A DNA stretch of 64,000 nt from Anaerolineales bacterium (GTDB lineage: Bacteria; Chloroflexota; Anaerolineae; Anaerolineales; E44-bin32): the NCBI GenBank assembly GCA_036397095.1, contig DASWJQ010000039.1, positions 1,422 through 65,421 of the forward strand, in the 5' to 3' direction. The notes under the pieces are model-generated. The model did no database searches. It was not told the DNA's origin and worked only from the letters and a program-made list of their open reading frames with translations. Position numbers and translations under genes: made by a program. Shown in pieces: positions 26,001 to 32,636 of this stretch; positions within the stretch are counted from its first letter, which is position 1, and every line of letters starts with the position of its first letter.

Positions 26001-27406
26001 ACATTGGCCGCGTCGCCACAGACGACGAAGTAGTCGCCGGCAGCCAGCGTCACGGAAGGCAAAGCAAATGTTTGATACAGCACGGCACCGCCGCCGGTAC
26101 CGTTGACCAGCTCAAGGGTGACGGTTGACAGGTCGACAGGTTCGCTCCCTGTGTTCTTGATCTCGACGAACTCGGCTGTGTCGGTGCTCGGCTGGTCGTA
26201 GTCAATCTCATTGATGACCAAGCTGGCCGGCGCCGCCGGCACGCAGTCCGAGCTGTCACTGACGTTGGCCTCACCGGGCGTCGCACAACGCAGGCTCAAG
26301 TCCACATTGTTGACATCTGTGTCGCTGCCATCGGGGAAGCGTGAGATGCCGGCCAACTCCACACTGGGGTCATCTGCCAACCCTGTGCCCGAACCCTCGG
26401 TGTAGGGTGCGCCGGTGTTGCCCTCATAACTGACGGCATCAATCAGCGTGCCGCTATCCCGCAGCCCGACGGCATCCGGTGCGCCGTTCTGGACCAGATT
26501 CGTGTCGGGGACTACATCCAGATCACAGTTCGGCACGTTGGCCGCATCGCCACAGACAACGAAGTAGTCACCGGCCGCCAACATGGCCGCCGGCAATGCA
26601 AAGGACTGGTAGAGCAACGCACCGCCGCTGCTGCCGTTGACCAGTTCGAGCGTGATGGTTGAAAGATCGACGGTCGTTGTGCCGATATTCTTGATCTCAA
26701 CAAACTCGGCCGTGTCGGTGCTCGCCTGGTCATAGTCAATCTCATTGATGACCAGGCTGGCCGGCCCCGCCGGGACGTCGGTCGGCGTGGGTGTCGGAGT
26801 CGGTCCGCCCGTATCGAAGCTCTGGCCGCTGTTGACCGCGCCGAAAGTGTTCGGGGCTTCGGCAGCCCACGTGAAATCCTCGTACATCGTGCCCGTGCCG
26901 GTCAGCTGAAGGGAGTTACCGACCGCACCGGAGCCGTTCTGGGAGACCCCAATGTCGGTGCTGATCATGCCATCGGCGGGTCCGCCGACCGCCATGAACG
27001 AGCCTTCATAGCTGAGGAACTGAACGACACTGCTGGCAGCGTCCACCAGAGCCAGACCATCCGGCGCCCCGTTTTGAATCCCAGCAATGGCAACGGAAAG
27101 TGTGCCGTAGCCGGCCTCTTGATCCGGCAGGGTTCCCGCCAGGCCGGCGGTGTTATAAACGGCACCGCCATTGCCGTTGTACAGCACGATAGACCAGCCG
27201 GTCAGATCGGTGCCGGCAGGGCCGGCGACCTCGATCGCCTCGCCGGTATCGGTACCCGTATTGTCATAATGAATCTCGTTGATGAAGACAGCCGTCGCCG
27301 CCGAGGCCGGCATGGTCAGGATCGATCCGACCGGCAGCATGGCAACCAACAAGGCGACGATCGAGGCCAGCGCCCACAAGCGGTGCAGACGGGTTCGCGC
27401 GGTCAT
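23009..27406 (-). CDS. ExeM/NucH-type extracellular nuclease: signal peptide, four lamin-tail-domain (LTD) modules, EEP nuclease domain, Ig-like C-terminal domain
   Basis: 1465 aa. LTD signatures are FINEIHYDNTGTDTGEAIEV, LVINEIDYDQ.STDTAEFVEIKN (twice) and VISEIRIDQPSTDNDEYFEL. The endonuclease/exonuclease/phosphatase core runs from LTVASFNVLNYF to SDHDPVIVGL. Confidence 0.8.
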   Translation of the reverse strand: MTARTRLHRLWALASIVALLVAMLPVGSILTMPASAATAVFINEIHYDNTGTDTGEAIEVAGPAGTDLTGWSIVLYNGNGGAVYNTAGLAGTLPDQEAGYGTLSVAIAGIQNGAPDGLALVDAASSVVQFLSYEGSFMAVGGPADGMISTDIGVSQNGSGAVGNSLQLTGTGTMYEDFTWAAEAPNTFGAVNSGQSFDTGGPTPTPTPTDVPAGPASLVINEIDYDQASTDTAEFVEIKNIGTTTVDLSTITLELVNGSSGGALLYQSFALPAAMLAAGDYFVVCGDAANVPNCDLDVVPDTNLVQNGAPDAVGLRDSGTLIDAVSYEGNTGAPYTEGSGTGLADDPSVELAGISRFPDGSDTDVNNVDLSLRCATPGEANVSDSSDCVPAAPASLVINEIDYDQPSTDTAEFVEIKNTGSEPVDLSTVTLELVNGTGGGAVLYQTFALPSVTLAAGDYFVVCGDAANVANCDLDVLPDTNLVQNGAPDAVGLRDDSVLIDAVSYEGDTGAPYTEGSGIGLEDDPSVELAGISRFPDGSDTNVNNVDLSLRCSTPGETNVEASTGCVPIGAPDVVISEIRIDQPSTDNDEYFELGGAAGTALDGLTYLVIGDGTGGSGVIENATDLTGSVISASGFFVAAEGTFSFGTADLTTDLNFENGDNVTHVLVFEFSGANGDDLDTDDDGILDATPWTSVVDLIALVQEPNPPGGTEFHYGPPSIGPDGSFVPGHAFLCDDGWRIGSFSGGQDTPGAANACAPAVIEAKIHEVQGSGAASPLVGSTVIVEGIVVGDFQDAASGVHGDLNGFYLQEEDADVDANPLTSEGIFVFDGTSPAVDVQLGDLVRVEGDVSEFNGLTEITSFAGVTLMGSGQPLPSAASPTLPVSAVDDFEAFEGMRISLSQTLFISEYFNFDRFGEIVLTTERQFQPTAIEDPGSAAAADVAADNALGRIMLDDGRTSQNSDPAIHPNGSEFTLANRFRGGDTVANVTGVMDYAFGLYRIHPTDGASYTAANPRPAAPEDVGGRLTVASFNVLNYFTTIDTGAFVCGPAGNQECRGADNSEELERQRAKIVAALAAMQADVVGLIEIQNDDDTSVADLVAGLNAALGAGTYDYISTGFIGTDAIKQALIYRPASVEPVGSHQLLTSAVDSRYDDSRNRPALAQAFLEQASGSTFTVVVNHLKSKGSACGPGDDDPQQGNCNQTRTLAAQALVDWVATDPTGSGSPNYLIMGDLNAYDKEDPIDAILEGADDTPGTSDDWTDLVHLYQGEHAYSYVFDGQLGYLDHGLASGEMLASITGTTIWHVNADEPDILDYDTTFKQPPQDALYEPNAYRSSDHDPVIVGLALADQVAPELTVSVEPSELWPANHKYVDVEVTLSVSDAVDPNPTVVFISVFSDEPDNGPGDGNTINDIVVVDETHFRLRAERAAGGDGRTYTITYLATDASGNTTLASATVTVPMSRGKGR
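25697..26764 (-). repeat. Intragenic tandem duplication (2 x 534 nt = 2 x 178 aa LTD module)
   Basis: aa 215-392 versus 393-570 share about 83% identity by hand alignment (30 mismatches in 178). There are long identical DNA runs, for example CGCAGGCTCAAGTCCACATTGTTGACAT. Confidence 0.85.
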
Positions 27407-27700
27407 TTGGCAAGCTCCTTCAGAGTGGGGGATTCAAAACAAGCGCACGTTTGGCGTGCGCACAAATCGCAGTGCCCCCTCATCCACTGTGATCGGCTCG
27501 ACGGATTGTGGGCCGAACGACAGCTCAACGAGGGCGCCTCCGACAGGGACCCTACGTTCTTATGAACTCGACTGGAATCGACACCTTTGCAGGTGACAAA
27601 AGCATAGCAGGCCAGCAGTCTAGCGACAATCTATCCGGGACTCGAATCCCCTACGCTTTCCTTAAAGTCTAGATAGTTTGGATGGCTGGCGATGGCTATA

Positions 27701-27736
27701 CGACCTCGGAGGTCCGAATTCAGACCTCCGAGGTCG
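27701..27736. repeat. Nested palindrome CGACCTCGGAGGTC-CGAATTCA-GACCTCCGAGGTCG
   Basis: Perfect 14-bp arms. It lies directly downstream of the stop of the 27747-28025 gene and belongs to the same arm family as 18629-18691. Confidence 0.8.
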
Positions 27737-27746
27737 TGGGGAAAAG

Positions 27747-28025
27747 CTACTTCTCTTCAGACCGCTCGGCGCCCAAGCCCCAGATCAGCAGGCCGGCGCC
27801 GGCGCCCAAACCAAAGGCGCCCAGGGTGGCACCACCCTCGACCCAGTGGCCGAGCAGGGCGAATGTCCCCAGCAATCCGAGGACCGCGGCGATGGCAAAC
27901 TGCCAGCTGCCCATCTGCCACTTAATGGCGCGCAAACTCAACCAGCCGACAGCAACGCCAAAAACCAACGACCCCAGCACCCGCAGTACATACCCAAGGA
28001 GCTCAAGAACACCGTACAGGTCCAT
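27747..28025 (-). CDS. Small hypothetical membrane protein (3 predicted TM helices)
   Basis: 92 aa, Gly/Leu-rich and hydrophobic (…VLGSLVFGVAVGWLSL…FAIAAVLGLLGTFALLG…GLGAGAGLLIWGLG). Confidence 0.45.
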   Translation of the reverse strand: MDLYGVLELLGYVLRVLGSLVFGVAVGWLSLRAIKWQMGSWQFAIAAVLGLLGTFALLGHWVEGGATLGAFGLGAGAGLLIWGLGAERSEEK

Positions 28026-28141
28026 GCCGTCCTTCTCCCTTCACACCGTGTTTGGAGGAACAGCCGGATTATAGACCGCTTGGCACTGGCTGCAAGCCGG
28101 CGAGACGCATGGTAGGATGGGCCCCAGGAGGCCGAGCAATC

Positions 28142-28246
28142 ATGAGTCGCAAATCCCCCAACCGAGCTTCACCCGCCCAGATCGTGTTTGCCGTGATCGC
28201 GCTGCTGGTGATCGTCTCCTTTATCGTCAGTACGTTTGCCTTCTGA
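28142..28246 (+). CDS. Putative 34-aa single-TM micro-protein
   Basis: MSRKSPNRASPAQIVFAVIALLVIVSFIVSTFAF. An AGGAGG RBS lies 8 nt upstream, and a strong terminator follows at 28271. Confidence 0.4.
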   Translation: MSRKSPNRASPAQIVFAVIALLVIVSFIVSTFAF

Positions 28247-28270
28247 GCAAATCTGGCGCCCTTCATGCGA

Positions 28271-28293
28271 CGAGCCGGCCAGTGGCCGGCTCG
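28271..28293 (+). terminator. Rho-independent terminator
   Basis: CGAGCCGGCC-AGT-GGCCGGCTCG followed by TTCCTGTTTTCG. Confidence 0.65.
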
Positions 28294-28319
28294 TTCCTGT
28301 TTTCGTATGAATTCCTGTG

Positions 28320-28345
28320 CCGGGACATTGTATACAATGTCCCGG
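28320..28345. repeat. Perfect palindrome CCGGGACATTGTATACAATGTCCCGG (family GGGACRTTGTATACAAYGTCCC)
   Basis: 26-nt perfect palindrome at a convergent gene junction. A sister copy lies at 37957-37984. Confidence 0.8.
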
Positions 28346-28349
28346 CGAA

Positions 28350-28625
28350 TTAAGGACTGGGCAAGGTAAAAAACATGGCAACAATCGAAAGTGCGCCCGC
28401 CACCGCGTAACCCAGCATGGCCACACGGTCCCGGTTCAACCGGTTGGCGTTGACCGCTTCCAGGTATTGGTTCCAGTCCCGGACGAAATCGGCTAGGGCC
28501 TGGTTGGCCGTCTCGCCTTCTCGCATCCGGAAGGGCCGGACGGGCTGTTTGGAAAGGCGCCAGTGCTGGAAGGCAAAGGTGAAGAAGACCGCCGCCAAGA
28601 CCAACCAGATCGGATAGAGCAGCAT
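28350..28625 (-). CDS. Small hypothetical membrane protein (2 TM helices)
   Basis: 91 aa: N-terminal helix MLLYPIWLVLAAVFFTFAF, a soluble middle and a C-terminal helix MLGYAVAGALSIVAMFF. Confidence 0.45.
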   Translation of the reverse strand: MLLYPIWLVLAAVFFTFAFQHWRLSKQPVRPFRMREGETANQALADFVRDWNQYLEAVNANRLNRDRVAMLGYAVAGALSIVAMFFTLPSP

Positions 28626-28931
28626 TGCCTGCGCTCCTTCGCTAAATCAGTGCCGCGTGCCCAATGACGGACAAAGCGTACTCCAAGCTGCGTTGGCTGG
28701 CAATTGTCACCGAAGTCCCCCGCAGTACCAATATCCTAGGCAAGAGCGCGTAACGCCCGACGCCGCCGGCCGTTGTTACCGGTACATGCCCAGGCCGGCA
28801 CACCCGAACCCGCACCGGCGCTTGCAAGCAGGCTGTAAGGTGTGGACAAGCATGACCTGTGTTAAGCTTCGAGTGATAAAGGCCCCGCCGCACTTGCGGC
28901 GTAACTTCAGAAGGAAAGGAGGTTAATCCAA

Positions 28932-29078
28932 ATGCTGTACGCTCCGAAGGAAAGAGGTCAGGGATTGGTTGAGTATGCTTTGATCCTTGTTCTAGTTGCT
29001 GTCGTTGTGATCGTGATCCTGGCCCTGCTCGGACCCGCGATCGGCAACGTTTTCAGCAATATTGTCGAGAACATCTAA
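28932..29078 (+). CDS. flp: Flp/Fap family type IVb pilin (48 aa; absent from the ORF track)
   Basis: MLYAPKERGQGLVEYALILVLVAVVVIVILALLGPAIGNVFSNIVENI. It carries the Flp processing motif G-XXXX-EY followed by a hydrophobic helix. A strong RBS (GAAAGGAGG) lies 9 nt upstream, and a terminator follows. Confidence 0.8.
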   Translation: MLYAPKERGQGLVEYALILVLVAVVVIVILALLGPAIGNVFSNIVENI

Positions 29079-29117
29079 GCGGATCCAGTTACTCCGGAGG
29101 CATTCGCCTCCACCTGA

Positions 29118-29148
29118 CAAGAACAGGGCCCTTGCGGGCCCTTTCTTG
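29118..29148. terminator. Bidirectional terminator between flp and the SHMT-GcvT gene
   Basis: CAAGAA(C)AGGGCCC-TTGC-GGGCCCTTTCTTG, a 13-bp stem with one bulge. T-rich flanks on both strands. Confidence 0.65.
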
Positions 29149-29178
29149 TTGTCCCCTTCGCCTGGTTTCAACACCAGT

Positions 29179-32100
29179 TCAGCGCGGAAAGCGCGTGAGC
29201 ACAGTTGCTGGGGTCGGCACGGCCAACCGGTCGCCGATTTCCGCGCCTCGCCTTGACCCGTCATAGCCACCCTGGAAGATACCGATCGGGCTGTCGGGTT
29301 CGGTGTAGGCGAGTTCGAGGTACGCCTGCCCCAACAGGTAACCTTCCTTGTCAATGGCGCACGAAGTGACCCGTCCGATCACCCGGCCACGCCGGTCGAC
29401 CACAGGGTCGCCGTAGTGAGCCATGCGCACCCCCTTGTCATTGAACCGAAACCGGACCACCTCAGCCTTGCGCTCAGCCTCCTGCGCCAGCACGGCCGAC
29501 CGACCGATGAACCAGGGCTTATGCGTCTTAACATAGCCAATGAAGCCGGAGTCGCCGACCCCCAGATTCATCTCACCGGACATCTCATGGCCGTACAAGG
29601 GAAGTCCGGCCTCGGTCCGAAGTGAATCGCGCGCCCCCAGGCCCGTCGGCATCAGACCGAGCGGTTCGCCGGCCTGGAGCAGAGCCCGCCACAGGGCCGG
29701 CGCCTGCTCGGGGTGCACAAACAGCTCGTAGGCGATGCGCTCCCCCGTATAGCCCGTGCGGCTGACGATGAGGTCGATCCCGCCGAAGACTCCTTCCATC
29801 ACGCCCGCCCATGGCAGACGGGTGAGCGCGGCAGCGCTTTCCTCCGAAGCGCCCAACGCCAGCAAAATAGCGCGGCTCTTCGGACCCTGCAGTGCCAGAT
29901 CGACGCGTTGGTCCTTGCCCGCGGCCGGATCGCGCAGATTGCGCAGCCGGCAGCCACGGCCATACGCGCTCGCCCATGGCCGGTCAGGGTCAACCAACAC
30001 CTGGCCGGCGTGCACGGCGCTGAGCCAGGCCCAATCCTTATCGTCATTGGCCGCGTTGACAACCACCAGGTAGCTCGCCGGTCGCCGGTAGATCATCAGG
30101 TCGTCAATGACATTCCCGGCCGGGTCAATGAATTGCGTGTAGTGCGACTGGCCGACCCGCAGCGCCAGCACATCATTGCCCACAACCGAATCAAGAAAAG
30201 CAGCCGCGCCAGGTCCTTCGACGCCATACACACCCATGTGGCTGACATCGAACAACCCGGCGGCGGTGCGCACCGCTTGGTGCTCCTCGACGACCGAGCT
30301 GTACCAGACCGGCATCTCCCAGCCGGCGAACGGCACCATCTTGGCGCCGGCCTCCAGGTGATCTTCGTAGAGCGCTGTCCGGCGGAGCTCCTCGGATTCA
30401 CTCTGCTGCCAGGCAAAAGCGGGCAGAGCCTTAACCGAACCAGAGGCGCCAATGAACCATGGTTTGTCAAAACCCTCGTGTTCGAAGTCCGCCTTGGGCG
30501 CCTTGGCCTGGCCGCCGACCTGGCGCACGACGACTGGACCTGGGATCTTGCGCTGTAGGTCGTCGGGGTCGAGCAGGACAAAACCATCCGACAGGTCCCG
30601 CAGCCAGGCCCGGGTCCAGGCGGCCGCCCCACTGGGAAGCGTGAGCAGCCAGCGGTCGGTCGTCTGGCGCTTGGCCCACAGCTCGGTCGCCTCCTCGATG
30701 CCGTTCAGGATTCCATGCGCCGTTTGGCCGGTTTCGACGGCGGACGGTCGCAGGCTGGTTGCCCAACGCAGAACCGCATCGGCGTCATCCCCCTCGATCT
30801 CAAGTTCGGTGAAAGGTTCGGCCGCGACCGGGTCGTCCAGATAGTAGAAGTGAGGATAACCATGCTCGGGTGGATCGAAATCGATGCCGGCCGCCACGGC
30901 CATGTCGCGGATCTCGGATTTGGCCGCATGGAAGGCGTCGAACGGAACCTTGGCCCGGGCCACCTCGCGCTTACGCTTGGCGTAGCTGTAGGGCTGGCAG
31001 GCCATCAGCAGTCGACCGATTACATCGCCAAGACGCCGGCTGGCGGCTTCATCGAAGCCGCGCTGGGTAATCCACGGGGTACCCAGCCGGACGCCGCTCG
31101 GATAGAGGGCCGAGCTGTCCCCGGGGATGGTATTGCGGTTGCACACGATGCCGGCCAGGTCCAGGATGCGGGCCGCCATGTCGCCCGACAGCTCAGTGCC
31201 ATCGGACCCAACCACCGACTTGCAGTCGATATTGGTCAGATGCGTGTTGGTCCCGCCGAAGGCGATCCGGAGCCCTTGCGCCGCAATGCCCTCCGTCAGC
31301 GCCTGGCAGTTGTCGACCACTGCCTGCTGCATCTGCCGGAATGACTCGGTCTGGGCCAGCTTGAAGGTCAGCGCCTGCGCAGCAATCGTGTTGATGTGGG
31401 GACCACCCTGCTCGCCGGGGAAGACCGCCCGATCGAGCAACCGGGCCAGCTTCTTATCGGTCGTCAGCAGCGCGGCGCCGCGCGGCCCGCACAACGACTT
31501 GTGGGTGGTGAAGGAGATGACATGCGCATGGCCGACGGGTGATGGGTAGACGCCGGCCGCCACCAGGCCGGCCACATGGGCGATATCGGCCAGCAGGTAG
31601 GCGCCGACCGAGTCGGCAATCCGGCGGAACTCGGCCCAATCCACCGTCCACGGGTAGGACGAATAACCGCCAATGATCAGTTTAGGTTTGTGCGCCTGGG
31701 CCAGGGCTGCCATTTGGTCGTAGTCGATGCGCTCGGTCTCAGGATCGACGGTGTAATGGACCGCCTGATAATACTTGCCGGAGCGGTTGACCGGCGAACC
31801 GTGCGACAGGTGGCCGCCATGCTTCAAGTCCATGCCGAGCACGGTTTGGCCCGGCTCGATCAGCGCGTGGTACACGGCGTTGTTGGCCGGTCCACCGGAC
31901 AGCGGCTGGACGTTGACATACAGATCGTCGGGGGTGACGCCGTTGGCGGCGAAGGCCTCGGCACAGCGCCGGCGGGCCAGGGCTTCGACGATATCAACGT
32001 ACTCAACACCTTTGTAATAACGCGGATCCGAGTAGCGCCGGTAGTCGGCCAGCCGCGTTTCCAGGTCCAGGATTTCGTCCTCGGAAAACCAGCGGCTGTC

Positions 32101-32292
32101 CTCGTCTGGATAGCCCTCGGCGTAAATGTTGTGAAAAGCCGTCGCCAGCAGCTCGAGGACGGCCTTGGGGGCGGTGCTCTCCGACGGAATCAAGATCAAG
32201 CGCCGGTACTGGCGCTCGGCTTCGAGTTCGGTCAATTGGTGTAAGGCGGGGTCAAGGTCCTGGAGCGTGCCGCGGGTGAGAAAGTCGGCCAT
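29179..32292 (-). CDS. Fusion protein: serine hydroxymethyltransferase-like domain + about 150-aa linker domain + glycine-cleavage T protein (aminomethyltransferase) domain
   Basis: 1037 aa. aa 1-470 carry SHMT motifs (LIPSES.., VQPLSGGPANNAVY, ISFTTHKSLCGPRGA with the PLP lysine). aa ~637-1037 are GcvT-like (RRTALYEDHLEAGAKMVPFAGWEMPVWYSSVVEEHQAVRTAAGLFDVSHMG...). It is a single uninterrupted ORF with an AGGAG RBS. Confidence 0.8.
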   Translation of the reverse strand: MADFLTRGTLQDLDPALHQLTELEAERQYRRLILIPSESTAPKAVLELLATAFHNIYAEGYPDEDSRWFSEDEILDLETRLADYRRYSDPRYYKGVEYVDIVEALARRRCAEAFAANGVTPDDLYVNVQPLSGGPANNAVYHALIEPGQTVLGMDLKHGGHLSHGSPVNRSGKYYQAVHYTVDPETERIDYDQMAALAQAHKPKLIIGGYSSYPWTVDWAEFRRIADSVGAYLLADIAHVAGLVAAGVYPSPVGHAHVISFTTHKSLCGPRGAALLTTDKKLARLLDRAVFPGEQGGPHINTIAAQALTFKLAQTESFRQMQQAVVDNCQALTEGIAAQGLRIAFGGTNTHLTNIDCKSVVGSDGTELSGDMAARILDLAGIVCNRNTIPGDSSALYPSGVRLGTPWITQRGFDEAASRRLGDVIGRLLMACQPYSYAKRKREVARAKVPFDAFHAAKSEIRDMAVAAGIDFDPPEHGYPHFYYLDDPVAAEPFTELEIEGDDADAVLRWATSLRPSAVETGQTAHGILNGIEEATELWAKRQTTDRWLLTLPSGAAAWTRAWLRDLSDGFVLLDPDDLQRKIPGPVVVRQVGGQAKAPKADFEHEGFDKPWFIGASGSVKALPAFAWQQSESEELRRTALYEDHLEAGAKMVPFAGWEMPVWYSSVVEEHQAVRTAAGLFDVSHMGVYGVEGPGAAAFLDSVVGNDVLALRVGQSHYTQFIDPAGNVIDDLMIYRRPASYLVVVNAANDDKDWAWLSAVHAGQVLVDPDRPWASAYGRGCRLRNLRDPAAGKDQRVDLALQGPKSRAILLALGASEESAAALTRLPWAGVMEGVFGGIDLIVSRTGYTGERIAYELFVHPEQAPALWRALLQAGEPLGLMPTGLGARDSLRTEAGLPLYGHEMSGEMNLGVGDSGFIGYVKTHKPWFIGRSAVLAQEAERKAEVVRFRFNDKGVRMAHYGDPVVDRRGRVIGRVTSCAIDKEGYLLGQAYLELAYTEPDSPIGIFQGGYDGSRRGAEIGDRLAVPTPATVLTRFPR

Positions 32293-32348
32293 CGAGTCTC
32301 CTGGGGCAGTGGCAGGTGGGATCGAAAGCAGGAAAGGCCCCGCGCGTC

Positions 32349-32377
32349 ATTCTATGCCCCGGGCAGGGGGTGGTCAA
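32349..32377 (-). promoter_or_regulatory. Sigma-70-type promoter TTGACC-N17-TAGAAT for the SHMT-GcvT gene
   Basis: On the minus strand, the -35 is at 32377-32372 and the -10 at 32354-32349, with exact 17-nt spacing. The -10 lies about 55 nt upstream of the ATG. Confidence 0.6.
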
Positions 32378-32380
32378 GAA

Positions 32381-32458
32381 GGGATGGGGATTGGGGAGTA
32401 GGGATTGGGGATTGGGGATTCGTGAGTAGGGAGTGGTGAGAGGTGATAAGTGACAAGG
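32381..32458. repeat. G-run tract (GGGATGGGGATTGGGGAGTAGGGATTGGGGATTGGGG) plus a GGTGAGAGGTGATAAGTGACA module
   Basis: Same module order as at 8577 and 8790 (G-runs, then GGTGATAAGTGA). It has at least 6 G-runs with 2-4 nt loops. Confidence 0.8.
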
Positions 32459-32636
32459 GAAAGGTCGTACATGACCCAGGCAGATGGTTATGCGATTCGT
32501 CTTGCGCTCCCCCCATTCAGTAGGAGGCCGCCCCGTCGCTCCTCCCAAGAGGAATGCCGTTTGAGTCTTCGTGCCTTTGTGTTATCAGCATTTGATCTTG
32601 CTGACCGCTGATCGCTGAATGTTGACAGCTTATCGC

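Noticed and set aside
28052-28141. A longer 64-aa version of the micro-protein ORF (track start 28052).
   Set aside because: The AGGAGG RBS lies directly before the internal ATG at 28142, and only the last 34 aa form a sensible TM peptide. Even the short version is low confidence.
32293-32348. A glycine riboswitch in the leader of the gcvT-containing fusion gene.
   Set aside because: The leader downstream of the -10 box is only about 55 nt. It lacks the conserved GGAGAG...ACCGAAGGGGCAA-type aptamer cores that I looked for on the gene strand.
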